From NCBI GenBank assembly GCA_035645115.1, contig DASQNF010000017.1, forward strand, positions 1 to 36,132: 36,132 nt of DNA, in the 5' to 3' direction. This document shows positions 13,422 to 22,542 of this stretch, piece after piece. The notes beneath the pieces are model-generated. The model searched no databases, was not told the origin of the DNA, and saw nothing but the letters and a program-made list of their open reading frames with translations. This DNA is from Thermoleophilaceae bacterium (GTDB lineage Bacteria; Actinomycetota; Thermoleophilia; Solirubrobacterales; Thermoleophilaceae). A program made the translations under genes and the position numbers. Numbering within the stretch: position 1 is the first letter of the stretch; each line of letters begins with the position of its first letter.

Positions 13422-15608
13422 TCAGGCGAGGACCTGCTCGCGCTCGGGCTCGGCCTCCGGGGAGCCCGCAAGGTCGCCGCCCTCGGGACGTTTGCCCTCG
13501 AGCGAGACGTTCGGCAGCACGCGGTCGAGCCACGGGGGCAGCCACCAGGCGCGGTCGCCGAGGAGGGTCACCACCGCCGGGGCGATCACCATGCGCACGA
13601 CCAGCACGTCGATCAGGATCGCGAGGCCAAGTCCCAGGCCGAACATCTTCCCGATCATGTCGCTGGCGGTGACGAAGCTCAGGAACACGCCGGACATGAT
13701 CAATCCGGCGAACACCACGACCTTGCCGATGCGGCCCATCCCGTGGATGACGCTCGCGCGCGGCCGGTCCCCATCGTTGTAGGCCTCGTGGATCCGGCTG
13801 AGCAGGAAGACGTTGTAGTCCATGCTGAGCCCGAACAGGATCGCGAACAGCATCACCGGCAGGAACGAGATGATCGGGATTCCCGAGTCGGCGCCGATCA
13901 GGCCGGCGCCGATGCCCTCCTGGAACACCGCCACCACCAGGCCATACGCGGCGGCCACGGAGAGCAGGTTGAACAGCGCGGAGACCAGCGGGATCCAGAG
14001 CGAGCGGAACACCATTACGAGCAGCAGCACGGACAGGCCGATCACCACAGCGATGAACAGCGGCAGGCTTCCGGCGACCCTGTCGGAGACGTCCTCGAAT
14101 CCGGCCACGTTCCCGCCCACGTAGACCTCGAGCGGCGTGCTGGCGGTAGCTTTGGGGATGACGCTCTCACGCAGGCGGTCGAGCAGCGCGGACGTCCTCG
14201 CGTCCTGGGGCGCGCTGGCCGGAATGGCGAAGATCGTGGCCATCTCCCCGTCCTCGCTGGTGGAAGCCGGTGACACCGAGGCGATGCCGGGCGTGGCCGC
14301 CACGGCCCGCCGAAGAGCGCGCAGCTGCTGCCCGGTCTGCGCTGCGCCCTTCGGCGTGTCCACCGCGAGCAGGAACGGGCCGTTGGAGCCCGGCCCGAAA
14401 GCCTCGGTCAGCTGGTCGTAGGCCACGCGCTGGGTGCGCGACTCGGGCTGGTTGCCGTCGTCGGGCTGGCCGATCCGCATCTGGGTGACCGGGAACGCGA
14501 GCACGAGGAGCAGCGCGACGCCCGCCGCGATCGACGCCCACGGCCTGCTGGTCACGATCTCGCCCCAGCGGCTGAATGCGGGCGAGGCCTGCACGTGCTC
14601 GGCCTTCTTCGGCGCGAGACGGCGACCGAAGGCGCCCATCATGATCGGGAGGACCGTGAGCGCCGACACCACCACCGCGCCGACCGCGATCGCCGCGCCC
14701 ACGCCCATCCTCCCGACGAACGGCACGCCGATCACGAGCAGTCCGGCGATCGCGACCATCACGATCAGGCCCGCGGCCACGACGGTGGTGCCGGAGGTCG
14801 CCGCCGAACGCGCGGCGGCGTCCTGGATGCTGTCCCCCGCGGCACGCTGCTCGCGGTAGCGGCCGATGATCAGCAACGAGTAATCGATCCCGGCTCCGAG
14901 GCCAAGCATCATCGCGATCACGGCGGCGAAAGTGGGCAGGCCGAGCGGCGCCGCGAGCGCCGCCAGCATGATCTGGCCGGCCGCGACGCCGAGCAGCGCG
15001 CCGATCAGCGTCGCGAACATCGCCCAGCCGGAGCGGAACAGCAGGGTCAGCAGCACGATCGCGATCAGCACGCCGATGAGCTCGCCCACCGGAGCCTCCT
15101 GCTCGGACGCCAGGTCGATCAGGAAGCCGCGCGCCTCGACCTGAACCTCGGGCTCAGCGCTCTCGCCGGCCTCGATCAGCGCCTCGCCGTCCTCCTTGTC
15201 TATGTCGGCCGGGTCCGTGGAGTAGCGCACGTCGACGGCCGCCAGGCGCCCGTCCTCCGAGACCTGGCCGCCCGGCCCGAACGGGCTCGCCACGAGCTCC
15301 ACGCCCTCGAGCTCGCGGACCTCCGCGAGCGCGCCCTCGATCGCCGCCCTCGGCTCGGGATCGGTGACCTCGCCCTCGTCGACCGTGAAGACGAGTGTCG
15401 AGTCCACGCCGCCAAACGCCGGCGAGTGCGCCTGGAAGAGATCGATCGCCTGCTGCGACTCGGCGCCCGGCAGGGAGTAGTCGTCGGTCGCCTCGCCGCT
15501 GGCGCCGGCCGCTAGGGCGAGCAGCACCAAGACACCGACCGCCGCCGCGAGGCTGCGCTTCCAGTGCGAGGACAGGGTGCGCGCCATGCGCGCGAGGAGC
15601 TGGGACAT
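13422..15608 (-). CDS. MMPL family (RND superfamily) transporter
   Basis: Two-fold repeat of a periplasmic domain plus TM bundles, with typical MMPL blocks (GIDYSLLIIGRYREQ and GLSMDYNVFLLSRIHE). ATG 15608 is preceded by GGAAGG; the track start at 15656 is an upstream GTG. Confidence 0.85.
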   Translation of the reverse strand: MSQLLARMARTLSSHWKRSLAAAVGVLVLLALAAGASGEATDDYSLPGAESQQAIDLFQAHSPAFGGVDSTLVFTVDEGEVTDPEPRAAIEGALAEVRELEGVELVASPFGPGGQVSEDGRLAAVDVRYSTDPADIDKEDGEALIEAGESAEPEVQVEARGFLIDLASEQEAPVGELIGVLIAIVLLTLLFRSGWAMFATLIGALLGVAAGQIMLAALAAPLGLPTFAAVIAMMLGLGAGIDYSLLIIGRYREQRAAGDSIQDAAARSAATSGTTVVAAGLIVMVAIAGLLVIGVPFVGRMGVGAAIAVGAVVVSALTVLPIMMGAFGRRLAPKKAEHVQASPAFSRWGEIVTSRPWASIAAGVALLLVLAFPVTQMRIGQPDDGNQPESRTQRVAYDQLTEAFGPGSNGPFLLAVDTPKGAAQTGQQLRALRRAVAATPGIASVSPASTSEDGEMATIFAIPASAPQDARTSALLDRLRESVIPKATASTPLEVYVGGNVAGFEDVSDRVAGSLPLFIAVVIGLSVLLLVMVFRSLWIPLVSALFNLLSVAAAYGLVVAVFQEGIGAGLIGADSGIPIISFLPVMLFAILFGLSMDYNVFLLSRIHEAYNDGDRPRASVIHGMGRIGKVVVFAGLIMSGVFLSFVTASDMIGKMFGLGLGLAILIDVLVVRMVIAPAVVTLLGDRAWWLPPWLDRVLPNVSLEGKRPEGGDLAGSPEAEPEREQVLA

Positions 15609-15784
15609 GCTGTGCCTTCCGAGCGAGGGTCGACCGAGCGCGTGGGGCGAAGCCACCGGGCCGGTGGGGGAACGCCATAGATGATGCGGCCATTTGCGCC
15701 AGGGTCAGGCGCCTCGGCCGCAGTACGAGTTCGCTGTCGAGACTACCCACCCTGCGGGCGGCCGCCCACCTAGTCTTGGGCCTG

Positions 15785-16366
15785 GTGGAGCTCACCAGCA
15801 TCTGCGCGGCGTTCGGCCTGAGCGCCGCGGCCGGGCTGAACGCCTGGCTGCCGCTGTTCGCGGGGGCGCTGCTCAACAGGCTCGACGTGGTGGAGCTTGC
15901 CCAGCCGTTCGACGACCTCACGGGTACCGGCACGCTCGCGGTGCTCGGGCTCCTCACGACGGTGGACTTCGTAGGCGACAAGATCCCCGCGGTCGACCAC
16001 GTGCTCCACGCCGTGGGCACGGTCGTGGCGCCCGTCAGCGGGGCGCTGCTGTTCACAGGCCAGAGCGGAGTCGAAAGCGACTTCCCGACCATCGCCGCGG
16101 TTTTTCTCGGCGGCGCCACGGCCGAGTCGATCCATGCCGGCCGGGCGGTGATCCGACCGCTCTCGACCGCGACCACCGGCGGTGTGGCCAACCCGGTGCT
16201 CTCGTTGCTCGAGGACGCCGGCGCCCTGATCCTCACGGTCCTCGCGTTCGCCGTCCCGGTGCTCGCCTTTTTGCTCGTGGTGGCGCTCGCGTTCGCGATC
16301 CTGTACGGCTGGCAGCGGGTCCGCAAGCGTCGCGCGTCGGGCGAGCTCAGGCGCGTGCCGCCCTGA
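15785..16366 (+). CDS. DUF4126 family membrane protein
   Basis: VELTSICAAFGLSAAAGLNAWLPLFAGALL...DFVGDKIPAVDHVLHAVG. GTG at 15785 lies 8 nt after TAGTCT (15771-15776). TTG at 15776 is an alternative start. Confidence 0.7.
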   Translation: MELTSICAAFGLSAAAGLNAWLPLFAGALLNRLDVVELAQPFDDLTGTGTLAVLGLLTTVDFVGDKIPAVDHVLHAVGTVVAPVSGALLFTGQSGVESDFPTIAAVFLGGATAESIHAGRAVIRPLSTATTGGVANPVLSLLEDAGALILTVLAFAVPVLAFLLVVALAFAILYGWQRVRKRRASGELRRVPP

Positions 16367-17147
16367 GCAGCACGCCCGCCACCTGCTCGGGGTCGTCCCA
16401 GGTGGGGATGTGCCCACAGCCATGCAGGAGCACTGTTCGCGCACCCATCGGAGACGGGCGTGGGGGCGTGACGAGGCGATCGAGCTCGCCCCACGCGAGC
16501 GTGACCGGCACGTCGATCTGCTCCAGGCCCGAGAAGACCGCCGCGCGCATGGCCATGTTGACGCCCACGAAGCCAGGCGCCGTGACGTAGGAGCGCACCA
16601 GCCGCGCCGCCGCACGCGCGGGCACTCGCTCCGGGTGGCCGATCGAGCCTGAGAGCAGGGCGCGCCGGGCGCGCGTGCTCCGCATGAGCGCCGGCAGCAG
16701 CGGCACCAGCACACGGCCGAGCCGGCGCACGTCCGCCCCTGGCCTCACGCCGAGCGGGCGCCTCCAGAATCCGGCCGAGCACAGGCCGGTGACCGACAGG
16801 GCGCGCCCCAGCCGGCCCAGCTCCAGCGCCACCCAGCCGCCGAGCGAGTTTCCAGCCACGTGCGCTCGCTCGAGACCGAGCGTGTCCATGAACCGTCCCA
16901 CCGCCGCGGCGAGCGCCTGCGGCGTAGGCGCCGTGACGCCGTCGAGCGAGGGCGAAGCGCCGAACCCCGGAAGATCGAGCGCGATCACGTCGCGCTCCGC
17001 GGCGAGCCGGTGCTGCACCGGCTCCCACACCACGAGCTCGGCGCCCAGCGGGTGGATCAGCACGAGCGGCTCGCCGCTGCCCGCGCGCAGGTGGTGAAGC
17101 CGCTCGCCGGCCACGATCCGCGAGCGTAGCTCCCATGACAGCGCCAT
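16347..17147 (-). CDS. Alpha/beta hydrolase fold protein
   Basis: LVLIHPLGAELVVWEPV, DLPGFGAS, nucleophile elbow GNSLGG, and a C-terminal GHIPTWDDPE motif. ATG at 17147. The longer track ORF would overlap the divergent gene start. Confidence 0.8.
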   Translation of the reverse strand: MALSWELRSRIVAGERLHHLRAGSGEPLVLIHPLGAELVVWEPVQHRLAAERDVIALDLPGFGASPSLDGVTAPTPQALAAAVGRFMDTLGLERAHVAGNSLGGWVALELGRLGRALSVTGLCSAGFWRRPLGVRPGADVRRLGRVLVPLLPALMRSTRARRALLSGSIGHPERVPARAAARLVRSYVTAPGFVGVNMAMRAAVFSGLEQIDVPVTLAWGELDRLVTPPRPSPMGARTVLLHGCGHIPTWDDPEQVAGVLLRAARA

Positions 17148-17205
17148 CGACGACGGCTCCGGCGGTTGGGTAGAGTCGCGCGCGAGCGAGCCCGAGGAGG
17201 CCCCG

Positions 17206-17595
17206 TTGGACGCAAGCCGTCTGAAGTCGATATCGATCTTCGAGGACATCGCCGACGCGGACCTGGCCCAGATCGCAACGTTCGCCCAGGAGGTCTCGGT
17301 CGAGGCGGGCAGGCAACTCGTGCGCGAGGGCGACTTCTCCTACGAGTTCATGGCGATCGAGGAGGGCGAGGCGGAGGTGACTCGCGAGGGCGAGCACCTG
17401 GCGGACCTCGGACCCGGCGACTTCTTCGGCGAGATGGGGCTGCTCGAGAAGACGCTTCGCAACGCGACCGTGACCTCCAAGACCCCGATGCTCCTCGTGA
17501 CCCTCACCGGCTGGGACCTCAAGCGCATGGAGCGCAGCGTGCCGAAGGCGATCGAGCGGGTGCGCCAGACGATCGAGTCGCGCCGGCCGGCCTGA
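17206..17595 (+). CDS. Stand-alone cyclic-nucleotide-binding domain protein
   Basis: 129 aa. SIFEDIADADLAQIA...REGDFSYEFMAIEEGEAEV...GDFFGEMGLLEKTLRNATVTS. TTG start lies 6 nt after GAGGAGG (17193-17199). Confidence 0.8.
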   Translation: MDASRLKSISIFEDIADADLAQIATFAQEVSVEAGRQLVREGDFSYEFMAIEEGEAEVTREGEHLADLGPGDFFGEMGLLEKTLRNATVTSKTPMLLVTLTGWDLKRMERSVPKAIERVRQTIESRRPA

Positions 17596-17597
17596 CC

Positions 17598-18782
17598 GTG
17601 GCGGGCCGGGTCGTCCTGTTCGGCGCCACGGGGTACACCGGACGGCTGGCCGCCGAGGCGATGGCCGAGCGGGGGATGAAGCCGGTGCTCGCCGGGCGCT
17701 CGCCCGACAAGTGCCGGCGTCTCTCCGAAGAGCTCGGCGGCGGCTTCGAGACGGCCGGCGCCGACGTGGCCGACCCACCGTCGGTACGCGCCCTCGTGGA
17801 GAAGGGCGACGTCCTCGTGACCACGGTCGGCCCGTTCCTCCGCTGGGGCGCGCCCGCTGCCGCCACCGGCTCGACCGTCGGCGCGCATTACATCGACTCC
17901 ACCGGCGAGCCCCCCTTCATCCGCGAGGTCTTCGACCGCTACGGACCGGTGGCGGAGGGATCCGGCTGCGGGATGCTCACCGCGTTCGGCTACGACTGGG
18001 TCCCTGGCAACCTCGCTGCCGGGCTCGCGCTCGAGCGCGCGGGGGGGGCAGCCGTGCGCGTCGACACGGGCTACTTCCTGACGGGGGCGGCGTCGATGAG
18101 CGGGGGCACGAAGGCGTCGCTCGTGGGCGTGGTAAACGCACCGGCGTTCGCATTCCGAGAGGGACGCGTGCGCAGCGAGCGTGCGGCGAAGCGGGTGCGC
18201 AGCTTCCGCGTCGGCTCCAGGGAGCTCGCCGGCGTCTCGGTCGGCAGCTCGGAGCACTTCGCGCTGCCGCGGATCGCACCGCAGCTTCGCGAAGTCAACT
18301 CGTACCTCGGCTGGTTCGGACCGGCGGCGCGGGCGATGCAGGCGTTCTCCGCCGGGACCGACCTGGCTATGAAGCTCCCCGGGGTCGAGGGACTCTGGAA
18401 CGCGCTGGGAGAGCGGCTGGCGAAGGGCTCCACGGGAGGGCCCGACGCCGCCGCCCGGGCCAAGGGCGGCTCGCACGTGGTGGCGATCGCGTACGACGCG
18501 ACCGGAAGCGAGCTGAGCGAGGTGCACGTGACGGGCGTGGACGGCTACACGTTCACCGGCCGCATGCTCGCCTGGGGGGCCGAGCGAGTGGCCGCCGGCG
18601 CCCTGCGCGGCAACGGGGCCCTCGGACCGGTCGACGCGTTCGGACTCGACGAGCTCGTGGAGGGGTGCGCCTGGGCCGGGATCTCGGAGAAGGGCGGCGA
18701 CGCGCCAGGTTCGCAGGAGACCCCGGGGAAGCCCGGAGAGCGCACGCGGGACGCTCCCCTCGCGGACTCGTCTGTCAGCTGA
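17598..18782 (+). CDS. Saccharopine dehydrogenase-like NAD(P)-binding oxidoreductase
   Basis: GRVVLFGATGYTGRLAAEAMAERG...VLVTTVGPFLRWG...AHYIDSTGEPPFIREV. GTG at 17598 lies 2 nt after the upstream stop. Confidence 0.75.
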   Translation: MAGRVVLFGATGYTGRLAAEAMAERGMKPVLAGRSPDKCRRLSEELGGGFETAGADVADPPSVRALVEKGDVLVTTVGPFLRWGAPAAATGSTVGAHYIDSTGEPPFIREVFDRYGPVAEGSGCGMLTAFGYDWVPGNLAAGLALERAGGAAVRVDTGYFLTGAASMSGGTKASLVGVVNAPAFAFREGRVRSERAAKRVRSFRVGSRELAGVSVGSSEHFALPRIAPQLREVNSYLGWFGPAARAMQAFSAGTDLAMKLPGVEGLWNALGERLAKGSTGGPDAAARAKGGSHVVAIAYDATGSELSEVHVTGVDGYTFTGRMLAWGAERVAAGALRGNGALGPVDAFGLDELVEGCAWAGISEKGGDAPGSQETPGKPGERTRDAPLADSSVS

Positions 18783-18810
18783 TCAGTCGACCAACGACTT
18801 CGCGAAGCAG

Positions 18811-19956
18811 ATGTACGTGTCCACCGATCCGGCCGCCCGCCGGAGGCGACTTGCGCTCGCGGCGGCGGCGGTGTGCGCGCTGGTCGTCGGCCTGGCCATC
18901 GGAGCGGGGACGGGTGACGGCAACGGCGCCGGGGCGGGCGTGGGCGCCACGGATTCTCGCCCGCAGGCCGCCGAGCCTCAGGCGCGCGCCCTGCGCGCCG
19001 TCGATCGGCTGAGCCTGCGCCAGCAGGTCGGGCAGGTGACCATCTCGAGCTTCGACGGTCTGACGCGACCCGAATACCTCCGACGCCGCCTCCGCGCCCG
19101 TGAGACCGCCGGCGTGATCCTGTTCGGCCGAAACGGCGGGGACGCGCCGCACTGGCGGCGCCTGACCCGCTCGATCCAGGGCGCGGCCGGCGGGCGGGCG
19201 CTCGTGATGGTCGATCAGGAAGGTGGCGAGATCCGCACGATCGATCATGCGGGACCGCGCGCGGGGCAGCCCTTCCAGGGAGGGCCCGCGAACGTCAGGA
19301 GGTCCGCCCGCTCCGCCGGCCGGACGCTGCGCGCCGCCGGGGTGAACGTCAACCTCGCACCCGTCGCGGACGTTCCGGGTGCGGGCTCCGTGATGGCTTC
19401 GCGCTCGTTCGCGGGCGACCCGGCCGGGATCGGCGCTCGCGTGCGCGCGTCCGTGCGCGGGCTGCGAGAGGCGCGGGTGGCGGCCACCGCCAAGCACTTC
19501 CCGGGCCTCGGCGACTCCGCCGTGAACACCGACCACGCCCCCGCAACCGTGCCCGGCGGAGTTGAAGAGGACCTCATTCCGTTCAGGGCGGCTGTGGCCG
19601 CGGACGTCGGGCTCGTGATGCTCTCGCACGCGCTCTACCCGGCCCTCGACCCGAATCGGATCGCGTCCCAGTCGCCCGCCGTCGTGCGCGGCCTCCTGCG
19701 TCGCCGGCTCGGGTTCGACGGCGTGATCGTGACCGACAGCATGGAGGCGCAGGCCGTGATCAGCCGGACTGACGTGGCCACGGCGGCAGAGCGCTCGCTG
19801 CGTGCGGGGGCGGACCTGATCCTCATGACCGGCTCGGCGAGCTGGAACTCGGTCTACCCGCGCCTGCTCGCGCGGGCGCGCAGCTCGGCCGCGTTCAGGG
19901 CGCGCATCCGCGACAGCGCCGCGCGCGTGCTTGCGCTGAAGTCGGAGTTGGACTAG
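18811..19956 (+). CDS. Glycoside hydrolase family 3 N-terminal-domain protein (beta-N-acetylhexosaminidase, NagZ/LpqI-like), secreted or anchored
   Basis: N-terminal hydrophobic segment, then QQVGQVTISSF, GVILFGRN, MVDQEGGEIRTI, GVNVNLAPVADV and KHFPGLGDSAVNTDH. Confidence 0.8.
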   Translation: MYVSTDPAARRRRLALAAAAVCALVVGLAIGAGTGDGNGAGAGVGATDSRPQAAEPQARALRAVDRLSLRQQVGQVTISSFDGLTRPEYLRRRLRARETAGVILFGRNGGDAPHWRRLTRSIQGAAGGRALVMVDQEGGEIRTIDHAGPRAGQPFQGGPANVRRSARSAGRTLRAAGVNVNLAPVADVPGAGSVMASRSFAGDPAGIGARVRASVRGLREARVAATAKHFPGLGDSAVNTDHAPATVPGGVEEDLIPFRAAVAADVGLVMLSHALYPALDPNRIASQSPAVVRGLLRRRLGFDGVIVTDSMEAQAVISRTDVATAAERSLRAGADLILMTGSASWNSVYPRLLARARSSAAFRARIRDSAARVLALKSELD

Positions 19957-22037
19957 GTCTCACCGGCGCGCTTGAGCGCGCGCTCCATCAGCTCGCGGTG
20001 CACGCTGCGCGTGCTCCCGTTGCGACGCTCCCAGAGGTTGTCCTCTCCGAGCTCCCAGGCGAACGTGTCGTCCGCCAGGCAACGCTCCAGCGTGTCCTCG
20101 AGCTCCTTGCGAAGGGCCTCGGCGGTGACCGGCACGAGCAGCTCCACGCGCGTGTCGAGGTTGCGCGGCATCAGGTCGGCCGACCCGATCCAGTAGCGCC
20201 GCTCATCACCGCGGTGGAAGCCGTAGATCCGCGAGTGCTCGAGGAAGCGGCCCACCACCGACACCACGCGGATGTTCTCGGACACCCCCGGCACGCCGGG
20301 ACGCAGGCAGCAGATTCCGCGCGTGTTCAGGTCGACCCTCACGCCGGCTTGGGACGCCTCGTAGAGCGCCCGGATGCAGCGCGGGTCCACGAGCGAGTTC
20401 ATCTTCAGCACGATCCGCGCCTCGCGGCCCGCCCGGTGCGCCTCGACCGTCTGCTCGACCTCCGAGAGGAACCAGTTGCGCATGTGGTCGGGCGCCACAA
20501 CCCCCTTGCGGTACTCGGGCGAGCGCGCAGCTCCGGTCAGCGAGTTGAACAGCTCCGCCACGTCGGAGGCGATCTCGCGGTCACAGGTGAACAGCCCGAA
20601 GTCCTCGTAGAGGCGGGCGGTCTTGGCGTGGTAGTTGCCGGTCCCGATGTGGACGTAGTGACGCACCCCGGAGCCCTCTCGGCGCACGACGAGGAGCGCC
20701 TTGGCGTGCGTCTTCAGCCCGGGCAGGCCATGGACGACGTGCGCCCCGGCCTCCTCGAGCGATCGTGCCCAGCCGATGTTGCGTCGCTCGTCGAAGCGCG
20801 CCTTCAGCTCCACGAGGCAGACCGCCTGCTTGCCGCGCTCCGCGGCCTCCATCAAGGACGGCACGAGCTCCGAGTCGTCGGAGGTCCTATACACGGTGAT
20901 CTTGAGCGCCAGGACGTCGGGGTCGGCCACCGCCTGCTGCACGAAGCGCTCGACGCTCCCCACAAAGGAGTCGTAGGGATGGTGGACCAGGATGTCGCCC
21001 GCCCGCATCGCGGCGAACACGTCCGCCCGCTCGTCGTCACGGTCGTGGAAGAGCGGCTGGCTGACCGGGGTCCAGGGTTTGTCGCGCAGGTTGCGGTGCT
21101 TGTCCACCTCGTAGATGGCCCACAGGTCCTCGAGGTCGAGCAGGCCCTCGACGTCGATCACCTGCTCCTCCTCGATCGCGAGCTGCTCGATCAAGTAGCG
21201 GCGCATGTCGGGGTCCATCGAGGTCGAGACCTCGAGCCGCACCACCTCGCCGAAACGCCGCCGGCGCAGCTCGTCCTCGACAGCGCGCACGAGGTCGTCG
21301 GCCTCGTCGGAGACGGTGAAGTCGGCGTCCCGCGTGACGCGGAACTCGTCGTGTCGGAGGATCTCCATGCCGGGAAAGAGCTCGTCGAGGTGACGCGCGA
21401 TAACCGCCTCGAGTGGCACGAAGGCGTTGTCGGCGATGCTGAGGAAGCGCGGCAGCACCTCCTTCGGCACCTTCACGCGCGCGAAGATCTCCTCGTCCGA
21501 CACCGGGTCTCGCAGCCACACGGCGATCGAGAGCGAGAGGTTCGAGATGTACGGGAACGGCCTGCCCGGCCCGACCGCGAGCGGCGTCAGCACCGGGAAG
21601 ACCTGCTCGGAGAAGAGCCGGTCGACCGCCTCGAGCTCCTCCTCCGAGCACTTCGCGCAGTCCACGATGCGGATTCCGTGTTCCTCGAGCTCGCCTCGCA
21701 CGCCGTCGGCCCATACGCGCGAGTGTCGCGCCCCGAGCTCGCGCGTACGCGCGCCTACGCGGTCGAGCGTCTCCGACGGGGACAGGCCGTCGGGACCGCG
21801 GGCGTCGATGCCGGCGTCCACCTGGTCGTGCAGGCCCGCCACGCGCACCATGAAGAACTCGTCGAGGTTGGACGCGTAGATCGCGAGGAACTTCACGCGC
21901 TCCAGCAGCGGCGTGTGCTCGTCCTCGGCCAGCTCGAGCACCCGCTCGTTGAACTGGAGCCAGGAGAGCTCGCGGTTGGTGAACAGCTCGGGTGAGTCGA
22001 GGCTCGGAGCTTCGGGTATGGCCGTGGCTGCTTCCAT
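19953..22037 (-). CDS. ppk: Polyphosphate kinase 1
   Basis: 694 aa. FTNRELSWLQFNERVLELAEDEHTPLLERVKFLAIYASNLDEFFMVRVAGL and two PLD-like C-terminal domains (HAKALLVVRRE...). Confidence 0.95.
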   Translation of the reverse strand: MEAATAIPEAPSLDSPELFTNRELSWLQFNERVLELAEDEHTPLLERVKFLAIYASNLDEFFMVRVAGLHDQVDAGIDARGPDGLSPSETLDRVGARTRELGARHSRVWADGVRGELEEHGIRIVDCAKCSEEELEAVDRLFSEQVFPVLTPLAVGPGRPFPYISNLSLSIAVWLRDPVSDEEIFARVKVPKEVLPRFLSIADNAFVPLEAVIARHLDELFPGMEILRHDEFRVTRDADFTVSDEADDLVRAVEDELRRRRFGEVVRLEVSTSMDPDMRRYLIEQLAIEEEQVIDVEGLLDLEDLWAIYEVDKHRNLRDKPWTPVSQPLFHDRDDERADVFAAMRAGDILVHHPYDSFVGSVERFVQQAVADPDVLALKITVYRTSDDSELVPSLMEAAERGKQAVCLVELKARFDERRNIGWARSLEEAGAHVVHGLPGLKTHAKALLVVRREGSGVRHYVHIGTGNYHAKTARLYEDFGLFTCDREIASDVAELFNSLTGAARSPEYRKGVVAPDHMRNWFLSEVEQTVEAHRAGREARIVLKMNSLVDPRCIRALYEASQAGVRVDLNTRGICCLRPGVPGVSENIRVVSVVGRFLEHSRIYGFHRGDERRYWIGSADLMPRNLDTRVELLVPVTAEALRKELEDTLERCLADDTFAWELGEDNLWERRNGSTRSVHRELMERALKRAGET

Positions 22038-22061
22038 GTGCAGCCTCTATCGTGCCATCTC

Positions 22062-22499
22062 GTGATCTGGCTGTTGCGTCACGGGGACGCCGAGGAGGGC
22101 TCGCCCGACGCCGAGCGGCCGCTCACCGACGAGGGTCGGGAGCAGGCGCGCGCCGCCGGCGCCGCGCTGCGCCGCCTCGGGGTCGCGCTCGACGCGTGCC
22201 TCGCAAGCCCGAAGCTGCGTTCCGCGGAAACCGCGCGACTGGCTTGCGCCGAGCTCGGCGTGGAGCACCAGCTCGAGCCGAAGCTGGCGGGCGGGCCGTT
22301 CGACGCCGAGGCGCTCGCGGCCGGTCTCGGCGACGAGGTGCTCCTGGTGGGCCACGATCCCGATTTCTCGATGGCGGTCCACGCGCTCACGGGCGCCCAG
22401 GTACGCATGAAGAAGGGCGGGCTCGCGGGCATCCAGAAAGGCGAGCTGATGTTGCTGTTGCGCTCGCGCGAGCTGCGCGCGATCGCCGGTCCCGGCTAA
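22062..22499 (+). CDS. SixA-like histidine phosphatase
   Basis: VIWLLRHGDAEEG...PLTDEGREQA...ASPKLRSAETA...LLVGHDPDF (RHG and H motifs). GTG at 22062 lies 8 nt after TATCGT (22048-22053). The track start at 22038 abuts the ppk start codon. Confidence 0.75.
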   Translation: MIWLLRHGDAEEGSPDAERPLTDEGREQARAAGAALRRLGVALDACLASPKLRSAETARLACAELGVEHQLEPKLAGGPFDAEALAAGLGDEVLLVGHDPDFSMAVHALTGAQVRMKKGGLAGIQKGELMLLLRSRELRAIAGPG

Positions 22500-22542
22500 C
22501 GCTGCGGGGCGGCCCGGGGCACCAAGTGGCCACGCGTGCCCG

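Noticed and set aside
15722-15745. A possible third CarH/LitR site in the MMPL/DUF4126 divergent region. The minus strand has CGTACTGCGG, resembling CGTACACTGCGGGG at litR. GCTGTCGAGACT resembles GCTGTCTCGAGACT at phr.
   Set aside because: The hexamers are not in 11-bp phase (spacing is 12), only one unit resembles the consensus, and the matches are short. It may deserve inclusion in a motif scan, but it is not supportable by eye.
15154-17778. Very long ORFs on the strand opposite to, or out of frame with, recognisable genes. Examples are 15154..17778 (874 aa), 19998..21995, 23454..25151, 27960..29327, 31089..32705, 11228..12814, 8912..9886, 9517..11184, 12786..14273 and 1023..2010.
   Set aside because: Their translations are Arg/Pro/Ala/Gly-rich low-complexity strings with no family resemblance. 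Each is shadowed by a gene with clear homology in another frame. Open antisense frames are expected at about 70% GC.
22038-22061. GTG 22038 as the start of the SixA-like gene, as in the ORF track.
   Set aside because: It would place the start codon directly against the ppk1 ATG and add MQPLSCHL before the conserved (V/M)IWLLRHGD N-terminus. GTG 22062, with a TATCGT box 8 nt upstream, fits better.
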